A stretch of 63,911 nucleotides of DNA, counting the filler, from Licmophora abbreviata (lineage: Eukaryota): the NCBI GenBank assembly GCA_900291995.1. It is 19 parts of 19 records of this genome, joined end to end, with 100 filler letters (N's around TTAATTAATTAA, not from the genome) between each part and the next. Parts side by side here need not be neighbours in the genome. Positions count along the whole stretch, not along the records: positions 47,958 to 51,100 come from OLMU01005005.1; positions 51,201 to 57,069 come from OLMU01005006.1; positions 57,170 to 58,914 come from OLMU01005007.1; positions 59,015 to 61,213 come from OLMU01005008.1; positions 61,314 to 62,406 come from OLMU01005009.1; 14 more parts are not named here. One strand, given 5' to 3'. Within the stretch, counting starts at the first letter, position 1, and every line of letters starts with the position of its first letter. The notes under the pieces are model-generated. The model made no database searches. It was not told the DNA's origin and worked only from the letters and a program-made list of their open reading frames with translations. A program made the position numbers and the translations under genes. Positions 49,445-61,707 of this stretch are shown here, one piece after another.

Positions 49445-51464
49445 ATGGAAGGCTTTCTGTTTCAGGCCACGATCTTTCTGGCCGCCGCCGTTATCGCCGT
49501 GCCTCTGGCGGCGCGGCTGGGGCTGGGATCGGTGCTGGGCTATCTGGCCGCTGGCATCCTGATCGGGCCGGTGCTTGGCCTTGTCGGCGGGTATGAGACC
49601 ATCGAATTGCAGCATTTCGCCGAATTCGGCGTGGTGATGATGCTGTTCCTCATCGGACTCGAGCTTGAGCCGCGTGCCCTTTGGGACATGCGCCACCGGC
49701 TTCTAGGGCTTGGCGGGCTGCAGATCACCCTGACCACCGCCGCAGTGATGGCCGGTGCGATGTGGTTCGGCCACCCATGGAGCATCTCTCTCACCGTCGG
49801 TCTGGTCTTTGCGCTGTCCTCCACCGCGATCGTCCTGCAAACCCTCAGCGAAAAGGGGCTGATGCAAACCGGCGGCGGGCGCTCGGCCTTCTCGGTGCTG
49901 CTGACGCAGGACATTGCCGTGATCCCGATGCTGGCGCTTCTGCCGCTGCTCGCCCTGCCCAAATCCCCCGAGATGGTCATGGGCGAGGCGCTGCAGCGCA
50001 TGAACGGCAGCGCCCTCGCCGCAAAGCCCGAGACAGGCGCCCATGCCGCCGCCACCTCCTTCATCGAAAGCCTGCCGGGTTGGGGGGCCACGCTCGTCAC
50101 CATCGGCGCTGTCGCCGCGATCATCCTGACCGGCATCTATCTCACCCGGCCCGTGTTCCGCTTCATCCACGCCGCCCGCCTGCGCGAGATGTACACCGCT
50201 CTGGCGCTGCTGATCGTCGTGGGCATCGCCTTCCTGATGAACCTCGTGGGCCTCTCCCCGGCGCTTGGCGCGTTTCTCGCAGGCGTCGTTCTGGCCAACT
50301 CGGAATTCCGGCACGAGCTGGAAAGCGATATCGCCCCCTTCAAGGGGCTGTTGCTGGGGTTGTTCTTCATCACCGTGGGGGCTGGCATCAATTTCGAGGT
50401 GCTGGCGCGCGCGCCCTTTACCGTGATCGGCATCGCGCTCGCGCTGATCGTGCTCAAGGGCGCGATCCTGTTTTTCCTCGGCCTTGCCTTCCGCCTGCGC
50501 GGCCGCAACCTGTGGCTCTTCACCCTGTCACTGGCACAGGCGGGCGAATTCGGCTTCGTGCTGATCTCCTTTTCCGGCCAGATCCATGCCCTGCCCCCGT
50601 CGATGACGGAAATCCTTCTGCTGATCGTGGCGCTGACCATGCTCATCACGCCGCTGCTCTTCATCCTCTATGACTGGCTCTCCAGCCGGATGGAGGATGT
50701 CGCCGAACCGCAGGAACCCGACCATATCGACGAACAGGCGCCCGTCATCATCGCGGGCATCGGTCGCTTCGGGCAGATCGTCAACCGGCTGGTGCGCTCG
50801 AGCGGCTTCAACACCGTGGTGCTCGATCACGACCTGAACGCCATTCAGCGCATGCGCCGTTTCGGGATCAAGGGCTTCTTCGGCGATCCCACCCGGCCCG
50901 AACTGCTCCATGCCGCGGGGCTCGCCCACGCCAAGGTGCTCGTCGCCGCCCTCGACAACCCCGAGGCCACGACCCGCCTTGTCGCCTTCGCCCGCCGCGA
51001 ACGCCCCGACCTGCACATCGTCGCCCGTGCGCGCGACCGCACCCATGTGTTCCGCCTCTACAAGGCCGGGGCCGATGACATCGTGCGCGAACTCTTCGAC
51101 NNNNNNNNNNNNNNNNNNNNNNNNNNNNNNNNNNNNNNNNNNNNTTAATTAATTAANNNNNNNNNNNNNNNNNNNNNNNNNNNNNNNNNNNNNNNNNNNN
51201 AGCTCCCTGCGCGCAGGCCGTTACGTTCTCGAGAATCTGGGCCTCACCGAATTCGAAGCCGCCGAGCTGGAAAAGACCTTCTATCGCCACGACCGCCAGT
51301 CCGTCCGTGATCTGGCCGCCCTCTGGGATCCCGAAATTCCCACGACCCGGAACGCCGCCTATATCGACCGCGCCCGGGCGCTCGAACGCGAGTTGGAAAC
51401 CATGCTCCTGTCGCAATTGGAAGAGACCGCCGAGCCACCCGACAAGGACCCGCGCGACGGGTGA
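49445..51464 (+). CDS. CPA2-family K+/H+ antiporter (KefB/KefC-like) with KTN domain, split by spacer
   Basis: GLGSVLGYL, AEFGVVMMLFLIGLE, LSSTAIV, IIAGIGRFGQ; reads RELFD|SSLRAG straight across the spacer. Confidence 0.92.
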
Positions 51465-51570
51465 TCCCGGCGCGATTTCGCGGGTTTGCGTACGGAAGGG
51501 ACACAATTTGCAGGATCAGGGCTGGGTTTCGTCCCAAACACGCGTAGGTTTTGTACGAATTGTACGCAAC

Positions 51571-52587
51571 TCACCTGTCCGAAACACCCGCCTCCGCAAA
51601 GCTCGCCATGCCCGAATGACAGGCCAGCGCGGCCTTGAGAATCCCAACAGCCAGCGTGCCGCCCGACCCTTCGCCAAGCCGCATTCCCAAGGACAGGATC
51701 GGCTCTTTTCCCAACCTTTCCAGTAGCTTGGGATGTGCGACTTCAGCGCTGACATGGCCTGCGACCGCATGATCCAGCGCGCCGGGCTGCGCCGCATCAA
51801 GGCAAGCCGCCGCCGCGCCACAGATAAAACCGTCCAGAATCAAGGGGATACGCAAGACCCTCGCGCGCACCATCGCGCCTGCCATCGCCGCCAATTCCCT
51901 GCCACCTAGACAGCGCAGAGTTTCCAGCCCGTTGTTTTTGCACGCTTTATTGGCCTCAACCGCGCGTGCCACAACCTCCGCCTTGTGGGCAAGCGCATCC
52001 CCGTCCACCCCGGTTCCGCGCCCCGTCCACTCTTGCGCCGTCCCCCCGAACACCGCCAGCGCAATCGCCGCGGCACTGGTCGTGTTGCCGATTCCCATTT
52101 CTCCGACAGCCAGCAAATCCGCTTTTTTATCAACGGCTTGCCAGCCGATTTGCAGCGCCTCGACCAGCTCCTCCTCGGTCATTGCCGGCCCTTGGGTGAT
52201 GTCATTCACCGGCTGATCCAGCCTCAGCGCATGCACATCCATCCGCGCCCCAACCGTCTCCGCCAACTGGTTCACAGCCGCCCCCCCGGCCTGAAAATTG
52301 GCCACCATCTGCGCCGTCACCTCGGGCGGAAAAGCCGAGACGCCTTGCGCCGTAACCCCATGATTTCCAGCGAAAACTATGGTCTGCGGGGCAGTGATGC
52401 TGGCCCTTGGATCACCGCGCCAGGCGCAATACCACGCCGCCAAGTCCTCCAACCGGCCAAGCGATCCCGGCGGTTTCGTCAACTGCGCATCGCGCGCATG
52501 GGCGGCCTGTCGCGCCCCCTCGTCAGGCGCGGGAAGCCCTTGAAGAATATCGGAAAATTCAGCCAAATCGCTAAACTCTTGGCGCAT
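51571..52587 (-). CDS. cobT: Nicotinate-nucleotide--dimethylbenzimidazole phosphoribosyltransferase
   Basis: [34 protein letters not shown]. Confidence 0.96.
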   Translation of the reverse strand: MRQEFSDLAEFSDILQGLPAPDEGARQAAHARDAQLTKPPGSLGRLEDLAAWYCAWRGDPRASITAPQTIVFAGNHGVTAQGVSAFPPEVTAQMVANFQAGGAAVNQLAETVGARMDVHALRLDQPVNDITQGPAMTEEELVEALQIGWQAVDKKADLLAVGEMGIGNTTSAAAIALAVFGGTAQEWTGRGTGVDGDALAHKAEVVARAVEANKACKNNGLETLRCLGGRELAAMAGAMVRARVLRIPLILDGFICGAAAACLDAAQPGALDHAVAGHVSAEVAHPKLLERLGKEPILSLGMRLGEGSGGTLAVGILKAALACHSGMASFAEAGVSDR

Positions 52588-52631
52588 CCGCTCCCCCGTT
52601 GCATGATCTACGCGACCTGTGTATCGCAGCG

Positions 52632-53423
52632 ATGAATACGGACGCAGCCGAAAAAGGCCCGGAATTGAGAAAAAACGACCAAGCCCTTGTCAAAGCTTCG
52701 GATTTTGCGCTCGCCCTGGCGCTTCTAACGCGTTTGCCGGTGCATGTGTCCAGCTTCGACCGCGGCGCCCGCGCCGCATGGGCCTATCCGCTGGTTGGAC
52801 TGGTCTTGGGCGGGCTGGCGGCGACGGCGGGCTTTCTTGGCCATTGGCTTGGCTTTCATCCAGCGATCAACGCATTGATTTCATTGGTTTTTCTCGTCGT
52901 TCTCACCGGTGCGATGCATGAAGACGGGCTGGCCGATACGGCCGATGGGTTCTGGGGCGGATGGGATCCCGCCCGCAGGCTCGAGATCATGAAGGACAGC
53001 CATATCGGCACCTACGGCGTGATTGCCCTTTTCTTCGGTTTATCAGCACGTTGGCTCGCACTCTGGATGCTGTACGAGGCCAGCCTCGCCGCCGCGTTCA
53101 CTGGCCTCCTTGCCGCTGCGATCCTGTCCCGCGCGGCCTTACCCGCCCTGATGGCCAGCTTGCCCAACGCCCGCGCATCGGGCCTGTCGCACAGCACGGG
53201 CCGTTGCCCGGCCCGGACGGCATGGCTCGCGGCGGGGCTAAGTATCGGATTTTCTTGTCTTTTATTGGGCGCGTCGGTCTTTGGCGCTGCCGCACTTGCC
53301 GTGATCGCGGGCCTCGCGATGGCGCGCATCGCCCGGGCCAAGATCGGCGGCCAGACGGGCGATGTCTTGGGCGCCACGCAGCAAGTCACTGAAATAGCGG
53401 TCCTTTTCACGCTTATCGCATAG
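52632..53423 (+). CDS. cobS: Adenosylcobinamide-GDP ribazoletransferase (start uncertain)
   Basis: [42 protein letters not shown]. Confidence 0.95.
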   Translation: MNTDAAEKGPELRKNDQALVKASDFALALALLTRLPVHVSSFDRGARAAWAYPLVGLVLGGLAATAGFLGHWLGFHPAINALISLVFLVVLTGAMHEDGLADTADGFWGGWDPARRLEIMKDSHIGTYGVIALFFGLSARWLALWMLYEASLAAAFTGLLAAAILSRAALPALMASLPNARASGLSHSTGRCPARTAWLAAGLSIGFSCLLLGASVFGAAALAVIAGLAMARIARAKIGGQTGDVLGATQQVTEIAVLFTLIA

Positions 53424-53430
53424 GTCCACT

Positions 53431-53460
53431 AAAAAAGCCGCGCCCTGATGGGCGCGGCTT
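53431..53460 (-). terminator. Terminator between convergent cobS and carD
   Basis: Minus strand AAGCCGCGCCC-atca-GGGCGCGGCTTTTTT. Confidence 0.8.
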
Positions 53461-53481
53461 GAATTCGTCGAACGGTTATTC

Positions 53482-53991
53482 TCACGCGGCGCGAGACACC
53501 AGCACTTCATCCACCTTCTTGGCAGCCTGCACCTCGTCTCCGCCGCTCACAGCGGCGACTTCGCGTGTCAGACGCTCGAGCGCCGCTTCGTAAAGCTGCC
53601 GTTCGGAATAGCTTTGCTCACGCTGATCGTCGGTGCGGTGCAGATCGCGCACGACCTCGGCAATCGCGATCAGGTCACCCGAATTGATCTTCTGTTCGTA
53701 TTCCTGGGCCCGTCGCGACCACATCGCGCGCTTGACCTTGGCCTTGCCTTTCAACGTGGACATGGCCTTGGAGACCACATCAGGGCTCGACAGGCTGCGC
53801 ATGCCGACTTCGGCGGCCTTGTTCGTCGGCACGCGGAGTGTCATCTTGTCCTTCTCAAAGGAAATGACGAACAATTCCAGCGTGATACCGGCGATTTCCT
53901 GTTCCTCGATCGACACGATTTGGCCCACCCCATGTGCAGGGTAGACAACATAATCGTCTGGGCGGAACTCGGATTTCTTAGATTTGCTCAT
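53482..53991 (-). CDS. carD: CarD-family transcription factor
   Basis: VVYPAHGVG, MTLRVP, MWSRRAQEY, SYSERQLYE. Confidence 0.96.
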   Translation of the reverse strand: MSKSKKSEFRPDDYVVYPAHGVGQIVSIEEQEIAGITLELFVISFEKDKMTLRVPTNKAAEVGMRSLSSPDVVSKAMSTLKGKAKVKRAMWSRRAQEYEQKINSGDLIAIAEVVRDLHRTDDQREQSYSERQLYEAALERLTREVAAVSGGDEVQAAKKVDEVLVSRAA

Positions 53992-54294
53992 TCGGATCTT
54001 CCTCAAAAGCAGCCAGTCTCTTGACACAACAATCAGTGCCCAAGGGCCTTAGGGCCGGTGAGACACGTGTATCGCAGGGAAACCATCTCCTGACGGTTTG
54101 GCCGGAGTATGGAGAACGGGCAGCTATCTTCATTTGTCGTATGACCATAGCACAAAAATACGGCATTCGGAAGTGCCGCACATACGAGGCCCGCTGTCAC
54201 ACTTGATTTATGAGCATATTCATGGTGATACGCGCCAAAGCTCGCCCCACTTCACGGGTAGCCCAACCCTCATGCACCGAATCGCAAGCGCAGC

Positions 54295-54633
54295 TCAGCC
54301 GCCCTCGCCGGGCTTTTCCGAGAAATACTTTTCGATCTTGCCCTCTTCGCCGTCACGCTCTTCCGCGTCGGGCATCTGGTCCTTCTTCGTGATGATGACG
54401 GGCCACATTTCGGAATATTTGCGATTGAACTCGACCCATTTTTCCATGTCCGGCTCGGTATCGGGTCGGATCGCATCCGCAGGGCATTCCGGCTCGCAGA
54501 CGCCACAGTCAATGCACTCGTCAGGATGGATGACCAGCATGTTCTCGCCTTCGTAGAAACAATCCACGGGGCACACCTCGACACAATCTGTGTACTTGCA
54601 GGCGATGCAGTTGTCCGTCACGACATAGGTCAT
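54295..54633 (-). CDS. fdxA: Ferredoxin FdxA
   Basis: [26 protein letters not shown]...[12 protein letters not shown]. Confidence 0.97.
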   Translation of the reverse strand: MTYVVTDNCIACKYTDCVEVCPVDCFYEGENMLVIHPDECIDCGVCEPECPADAIRPDTEPDMEKWVEFNRKYSEMWPVIITKKDQMPDAEERDGEEGKIEKYFSEKPGEGG

Positions 54634-54685
54634 ATGGGTCTCTCGGCTTTTATTTTCACCGCACCAAGTAATCCAGCCTCGCCGA

Positions 54686-55087
54686 TCAATCAAGCGTATC
54701 CGGTCGGTTGAGATCGAGTTTGCGGCGATCTCGCTTGGTCGGACGACCCTTTCCCTCGAACTTGGGCGAGGCCGGAACATCTGACCGCTCTTCTTCCGGG
54801 CTCATATCTTCGTAAAGCGTTGCCGCCTCGGGGGCCGGTCCGCGCCTCTCGCCGATGGCGACGATACGGATCACCCGGATACGGCTCGCCTGGGGAAATG
54901 TCAGCACATCGCCCGGGACAACGGCATGCGCCGGCTTGGACACTTTCTCGCTATTGACCCGGACATGACCACCAGAAACGAGCTTTGCCGATATGCCGCG
55001 CGTTTTGAAAAAGCGCGCGTGCCACAACCATTTGTCCAAACGGATTTTCCCCGGTCGCAGCTCCAAATCGGCGGATCGTCCGCTCAA
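54686..55087 (-). CDS. hslR: S4-domain RNA-binding protein (Hsp15-like)
   Basis: [32 protein letters not shown]. Confidence 0.88.
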   Translation of the reverse strand: MSGRSADLELRPGKIRLDKWLWHARFFKTRGISAKLVSGGHVRVNSEKVSKPAHAVVPGDVLTFPQASRIRVIRIVAIGERRGPAPEAATLYEDMSPEEERSDVPASPKFEGKGRPTKRDRRKLDLNRPDTLD

Positions 55088-58020
55088 CCCTTGCCCTTCA
55101 GCCCCATCAAGGCCGCGGCAAAGGGATTGTCCGGGTCGATCTGATCCTTCTTGCGCTCAGGTCGTGCGGCGAAGGTCTTGGGGCCGCTTTCGGCACGCGG
55201 CTTGCCCCGGCCGGGTTTGCCGCTCTTGGCGCCACCCTTGCCCGCAGGTTTGCCGCCCGCCGCCTTGGGTTTGCCGCGCTGTTCGGTGCGCGCGCGCGCA
55301 GCGCGCCCTGCCCAGGTAAAGGTGTAGAACACCTCGATTTCCGGGGCTGCGGCGGCGGTGTCGGGGGCATCCCCCGGCATGATCTCTGTCTCGGTTGCGG
55401 CCGGGATGTCTGCTGCGACCTCGGTCTGCTCAGGCGGCTCAGCCGCGATCGGTGCCACGCCATCGTCGGGGATGGCATTCACTACGTCTTCCGCAGTAGT
55501 CGCAGAGGCGGCAGGACCGGTTTCGGCCGGTGCCGCCTGCTCTGCGGGGGCCTGCGCAAGGGCTTGATCCACCGGCTTGACCTTCTCGCGCTCGGCGCGC
55601 TCGGCCTTGTATCCAAGGCCTTCCATGAGATCGGCGAACTGTTCGAGGGTCATCCCCGTGATCGATAGCATGTCGGGCGTGGCCTCGAACCCGGCCCGAC
55701 TGTCTTCGCCGCGCAGCATGTCGGCCAGACGTTCCAGCATGTCGATGCGGATCGCCCGTTCACCTGCCGCGCGATAACCTGCCATCGCGTGATACCCGCG
55801 CGGCACAGCGCCAGGGCCACCCGCAGGAACCGTCACCAGACCCGCCGGAGGCGCTTCGGGAAATTCATCAAGACCTTGGGCAAGTGACCAAAGCAAAAGA
55901 CGCAGCCGTGTCGGCGCGGGCTTGAGCAACAACGGCATGAAGACGGTAAACTGACCAAATCGGACGCCATGCTTGCGCAGCGCGCCACGGGCATCCTGAT
56001 CCAGGGATTTGACATCCTCGGCCACGTCGCCGCGCGGGACGATGCCGAAATTCTCGACCAGCCGGAAGCCGAACCCCCGCGCCATCCCGGTCAGGGTATC
56101 GTCGCGCTGGATGTTCAGCAAAGGCTCGAACAAGGTGGCGATCTTGCGATCCATGAAATGCTGCAACCGGCGCTGGACCTTCTGCATGACATCCTCGCCG
56201 GCGACGTCATCGACAAACGCCTCGACTTGCGGTTTGAGCGGATCGGAGCCGGCGACAAGCTTGCCCACCGCCTGCTCACCCCACATCAGCCCGCCCTGTT
56301 CGGTGAAATCGATCTCGGTGTCGGGCGAATTGTAGAATCGATCCGCCTTCAGGTGGAATTGCGGGCTGAGCGCCTGAAGACTGGCTTGTCTCACGGCCTT
56401 TTCTTCCTGCCCGGCCAAAGCCCGGTCCTGGATGAAGCGGAATCCCTCAAGACGGCCGACAAATTCGCCCTCGACCGTCACATCACCGTTCTCGTTCACT
56501 TCGGCCACCATGGCTTCCTTCTGCTTGAGTCGGCGCAAAAGCACGGATGTGCGCCGATCCACAAATCTTTGGGTCAGACGCTCGTGCAGCGCATCCGACA
56601 GGCGGTCTTCTACCGCGCGCGTTTCGCCGCGCCAATGCGTTTCGTCATCGACCCAGCCTTTTCGCTGCGCAACATACGTCCATGTGCGGATATAGGCGAG
56701 ACGTTTCGACAATGTGTCAATGTCACCATCGGTTCGGTCGATCCGCTTGACCTGCCGGGCCAGCCAGTCATCCGGAACCCGGCCCAATTCGTGCAGATCG
56801 CAGAAAATCGTCTCGAGCAGGCTGGAATGTTCGGCATGGCTGATGCCGCGGAAATCGGGCACCCGGCACACATCCCACAAAAGACGCACCGATGCCCCGT
56901 CACTGGCGCGCGCCCGCACGGCGGCCACCTGCGCCAGTGACTTGAGCGCCCCAAGGTCATCAGCCTCACGCGCACGGGCAAGCCATTGGTCCTCAGGCTT
57001 GGCCTCGAGTGCGGCGATCAGGGCGTCGATATGTCCGAACGGCAGGTTGGCGTTGCGCCATTCGAGTTTNNNNNNNNNNNNNNNNNNNNNNNNNNNNNNN
57101 NNNNNNNNNNNNNTTAATTAATTAANNNNNNNNNNNNNNNNNNNNNNNNNNNNNNNNNNNNNNNNNNNNACCTCGTCGGACAGATCGGGCGCTTCGCCCG
57201 TGACGCCAAAGGTGCCATGGCTCATGCCGCGACCGGCACGCCCGGCGATCTGCGCCAATTCATTGGGAGCAAGCGGGCGCATCCGGCGGCCATCGAACTT
57301 GGACAGCGACGAAAACGCGACATGGTCGATATCCAGATTAAGCCCCATGCCGATGGCATCGGTCGCCACCAGATAATCCACATCACCGTTTTGATAGAGC
57401 GCAACCTGTGCATTGCGGGTTCTGGGGCTGAGCGCGCCCATCACGACCGCAGCGCCGCCCTTCTGGCGCTTGAGCACTTCGGCGATGGCATACACATTAT
57501 CAACAGAAAAGCCGACAATTGCACTTCTGGCGGGCATCTTGCTGATCTTTTTCGAACCTGAATAGGCAAGCTGGGACATGCGCTCGCGGCTCAGAAATTC
57601 CGCGCCCGGCACCAGTGCCGCAATTGCGCCGCGCATGGTGGCCGCACCCAGAAACTGCGTCTCCTTCAGCCCGCGCATCCGCAGCAGACGGTCGGTAAAG
57701 ACATGACCACGTTCGGGATCGGCGCAGAGTTGAATTTCATCGATCGCGACAAAATCAGCGCCCAACCCCTCGGGCATCGCTTCGACGGTGCAGACCCAGT
57801 ATTGCGTGCGCTCGGGCACGATGCGTTCCTCGCCGGTGACCAGCGCCACCACGGATGGCCCGCGCGCCCTGACGATCCGGTCATAGACCTCGCGCGCCAG
57901 AAGGCGCAGGGGCAAACCGATGATACCTGTGCGATAGCCCAGCATCCGCTCGATCGCGAAATGCGTCTTGCCGGTATTGGTGGGGCCGAGAACCGCAAGG
58001 GTTCTTGACTGCTCGGTCAT
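55084..58020 (-). CDS. SUV3-like SF2 helicase, split by spacer
   Basis: LGPTNTGKT, PLRLLA, DEIQ, ATDAIGMGLNL, QIAGRAGR. Confidence 0.9.
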
Positions 58021-58037
58021 GGCCGTCTCCGTTCAGG

Positions 58038-58604
58038 TCAGAGGCTACGGCCGCCGATTTCCGGATCCAGCCGTTCCATCGCCTCGGTTACGGCGTCGTG
58101 ATGCGGATGTATAGCCAGAACACGGGAAAACGCCTCATGCGCCAGTTCCGGCTTGTTCACCTCTTCAAGGATGATCCCCAGTCCGTAAATCGCGTTGAAA
58201 TGCCGGGGATTGATCGACAGGGCGCGTTCGATATCGGCCAGCGCCGGACCATAAAGCCCCACCCGCGAATAGGCCACAGAGCGCATATGCCATCCTTCGG
58301 CGAAATCCGGCGCATGATCGGTCAGCGCAGTGAAATGCTCGATCGCGGCGGCCGAATCACCAGCCTCGAGCGCGTTGCGCCCCCGCTTGAGCAACATATC
58401 CATCGCCGCGGACCCCGATTGCGTGAATTCATGCTCGATGTCGCGGGCGATGCGCCGGGCCTCCGGCTTTTCTTCGGCGGCGCGCAAAGCCTCGAACAAC
58501 GTATCCAGCCGCCCTGCATCCTGCGCGGAAGCGGGTAGGGAAAACATGACTAGAGCGGCAAATGCCGCGACGATACGGTTGAGGGATGGGTACATTGCGC
58601 TCAT
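58038..58604 (-). CDS. Tetratricopeptide repeat protein
   Basis: Signal peptide; TPRs APDFAEGW and NPRHFNAIYGLG. Confidence 0.85.
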   Translation of the reverse strand: MSAMYPSLNRIVAAFAALVMFSLPASAQDAGRLDTLFEALRAAEEKPEARRIARDIEHEFTQSGSAAMDMLLKRGRNALEAGDSAAAIEHFTALTDHAPDFAEGWHMRSVAYSRVGLYGPALADIERALSINPRHFNAIYGLGIILEEVNKPELAHEAFSRVLAIHPHHDAVTEAMERLDPEIGGRSL

Positions 58605-58676
58605 AACAGGTCTGAATGTAGCAAGTGTGAACGCGTTTCACACCCCCTTACGCGCAAATCAGAAGGAAGTGATTGA

Positions 58677-58914
58677 ATGAGCGATATCATCGAGACGGCC
58701 GTGGCTGCCCTGAGCGAGAAGATGGACGGTGATTTCGACGGGTCCGCCAAATTCGTGATCGAAGACGAAGGTGCCATAATGATTGACGAAAACGGTGTTC
58801 GCGCAGCCGACGAAGAGGCGGATGTGACGCTGACGGCGAGTGCCGATACGTTCCAGTCGATCCTCGAGGGAGATATGGACCCGACAGCGGCATTCATGAG
58901 CGGGAAACTCACCG
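58677..58914 (+). CDS. SCP2 sterol/lipid-binding domain protein, truncated by spacer
   Basis: ADVTLTAS...DPTAAFMSGKL. Confidence 0.88.
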
Positions 58915-59014
58915 NNNNNNNNNNNNNNNNNNNNNNNNNNNNNNNNNNNNNNNNNNNNTTAATTAATTAANNNNNNNNNNNNNNNNNNNNNNNNNNNNNN
59001 NNNNNNNNNNNNNN

Positions 59015-59924
59015 TGACGGGCCGGAGAACGGCGCGGCCTGGTGGTTGCCCGCGCGCGACGGCGTGCGGCTGCGTGTCGGGGCCTGGCGGGGTACGGTCG
59101 AGCGCGGCACGGTCCTGCTGTTTCCGGGGCGCACCGAATATATCGAGAAATATGGCCGCACAGCGCGCGACTTTGCACAGCGGGGCTATGCGACCCTGAC
59201 GCTCGACTGGCGCGGCCAAGGGCTTTCGGACCGGCTGACCGGCGACATCATGTCCGGTCATGTCGGGCTGTTCTCGGACTACCAGCAGGACGTGGCCGCG
59301 ATGATCGAGGCTGCCGAAGCACTGGACATGCCGAAACCGTGGCATCTGCTGGCGCATTCCATGGGCGGCTGCATCGGTCTGCGGGCGGTGATCGACGGCC
59401 TGCCGGTTCACAGCTGCGCCTTCTCGGGTCCGATGTGGGGCATCCAGATGGCCAAATCCCTGCGCCCCTTGGCGTGGTCACTGTCTTTCGGCGTGCGGCA
59501 TGTCGGGCTTGGGCATCTTTATGCCCCCGGCACGGACCCTGAAAACTATGTCCTGACCGAACCGTTCGAGACCAACAAGCTGACCGGCTGCCCCGATATG
59601 TATCAATACATGATCGATCAGGCGCTGGCCTATCCCGAATTGGGGCTTGGTGGCCCCAGCCTTCAGTGGCTTTATGAGGCGCTCAAGGAAACACGCGCCT
59701 TGTCGTTGCATCCCTCGCCCGATTTGCCCTGCATGACCGTGCTGGGCACGAAAGAGGAGATCGTCTGTCCAAGGCGGATCGAGCAACGTATCTCGAAATG
59801 GCCCCATGCGCGGCTGGAACTGGTGCCGGAGGGCCGGCACGAAGTGCTGATGGACAGCCCGGGCGTGCGCGCCCCGGTGTTCGACATCATGTGCGAGATG
59901 TTCGACACCTCGCCACCAGCATGA
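59015..59924 (+). CDS. Alpha/beta hydrolase (lysophospholipase PldB-like), 5' end in gap
   Basis: PGRTEYIEKY, DWRGQGLS, AHSMGG, RHEVLM. Confidence 0.9.
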
Positions 59925-59940
59925 GGCCAGTCGCAGGCCT

Positions 59941-60771
59941 CTAAGGATCGCGCGCCACGGTCTGCCGCTGCGTCCCCAGCCCGTCAATCCTGAGCTCCAT
60001 CTCATCCCCTTCGCTCAGGAACCGCTTGGGCGTCATCCCCATGCCGACGCCGGGCGGCGTGCCGGTGGCGATCACATCGCCGGGCTGAAGGCTCATCATT
60101 TCAGTCAGATGCGCGATGATCTTGGCCACGCTGAAGATCATCGTGCCGGTATGGCCGGTTTGCATCCGCTCACCATTCAGATCCAGCGACAGGTTCAGGT
60201 TCTGCGGATCGCCCACCTCGTCCGGGGTCACCAGCCAAGGGCCGATCGGCCCGAACGTGTCGCAGCTTTTGCCCTTGGTCCACTGACCTGAAAGCTTGGC
60301 CTGAAAGGTCCGTTCCGACACGTCGTTGACGATGCAATACCCCGCCACATGATCGAGCGCATCCGCCTCGCTGACATATTTGGCGGGTTTGCCGATCACC
60401 ACGCCCAGTTCCACCTCCCAGTCCGAATGCCGCGAGCTGCGCGGCAGGCTGACCGTGTCGTTCGGCCCGATGATCGAGGATGTCGCCTTCATGAACACGA
60501 TGGGATGATCCGGCGGCGCCATCCCGGTTTCGGCGGCATGATCCAGATAATTCAACCCGATCCCGATGAACTTGCCGATACGCCCGACGGGCGAACCAAG
60601 ACGGGGTGCGCCTTCGACAAGTGGCAAGCCTTCGGGGTCGATCTGCGGCAGGTTGGTCAGAACGTCGCCCGCAATGTCCGGCACCACGCCCGACAGGTCA
60701 CGCAACCGGCCCTCGGCATCCAGCATACCGGGGCGCTCCTGCCCTGGCTCTCCATATCTTGCAAACCGCAT
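59941..60771 (-). CDS. Fumarylacetoacetate hydrolase family protein
   Basis: IGLNYLDHA, DWEVEL, NDVSER, KGKSCDTFGP, TGTPPGVG. Confidence 0.93.
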   Translation of the reverse strand: MRFARYGEPGQERPGMLDAEGRLRDLSGVVPDIAGDVLTNLPQIDPEGLPLVEGAPRLGSPVGRIGKFIGIGLNYLDHAAETGMAPPDHPIVFMKATSSIIGPNDTVSLPRSSRHSDWEVELGVVIGKPAKYVSEADALDHVAGYCIVNDVSERTFQAKLSGQWTKGKSCDTFGPIGPWLVTPDEVGDPQNLNLSLDLNGERMQTGHTGTMIFSVAKIIAHLTEMMSLQPGDVIATGTPPGVGMGMTPKRFLSEGDEMELRIDGLGTQRQTVARDP

Positions 60772-60870
60772 GCGATATCCCCCGTTCTTGAATTTCGCGC
60801 GCAAGATAGCCGTTGCTTGTCCGGGTGCAAGTGGCTGGCATCGCGGCGACGGCCGCCTATCTTTCCGGGT

Positions 60871-61707
60871 ATGGTTCTGGAATTCAAACCTCAGGGGATT
60901 TACTGCCCCGCCGGTGATTTCTTCATCGACCCCTGGTCACCTGTCGACCGGGCGCTGATCACGCATGGCCATGCCGATCACGCCCGCCCCGGCCATGCGC
61001 GCTATCTGGCCACGCGAAATGCCGCCCCGGTGATGCGCCACAGGCTTGGCGATATCCGGCTGGACACGGTGGCGTATGGCGAGACCCGCCGGATCGGCGG
61101 GGCAAGCGTGTCGTTTCACCCGGCGGGCCACGTCCCCGGATCGGCGCAGATACGGGTCGAGGTGGCGGGCGAGGTCTGGGTCGTTTCGGGCGATTACAAA
61201 ACCACGCCCGACANNNNNNNNNNNNNNNNNNNNNNNNNNNNNNNNNNNNNNNNNNNNTTAATTAATTAANNNNNNNNNNNNNNNNNNNNNNNNNNNNNNN
61301 NNNNNNNNNNNNNCGATCAGGGGTTCGCCCTGCCCGCCACGATCCCCGTCACCCCCGACACGGACCCCCGCGCGCATCCCGGCGCGCTTGTGCTGGCGCC
61401 GCCCGGCGCGCTTGGCTCGGCTTGGGCGCGGCGCTTCGGTCCGGCCTCGACCGGTTTTGCCAGCGGCTGGATGCGCCTGCGTGGTGTGCGGCGGCGGCGC
61501 GCGGCGGATCGGGGCTTTGTGATCTCGGATCATGCGGATTGGGCCGGGCTGAACGCGGCGATTGCCGAAACCGGGGCGGAAAATATCTATGTCACGCATG
61601 GTTACACCGAGATCTTCGCGCGATGGCTGAACAATCAAGGCTACACCGCACAGATCGTCCCGACCGAATTCACCGGTGAGTCGCTGGATGAGGCCGAGAC
61701 CACATGA
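60871..61707 (+). CDS. Ligase-associated DNA damage response exonuclease (MBL/beta-CASP fold), split by spacer
   Basis: FFIDPW, THGHADH, AGHVPGS, SGDYK; after the gap ASGWM, SDHADW, VTHG. Confidence 0.9.

Noticed and set aside
58626..58642. CRP/FNR site TGTGAACGCGTTTCACA
   Set aside because: The spacer is 7 rather than 6 nt; the dyad is real but cannot be assigned to a regulator
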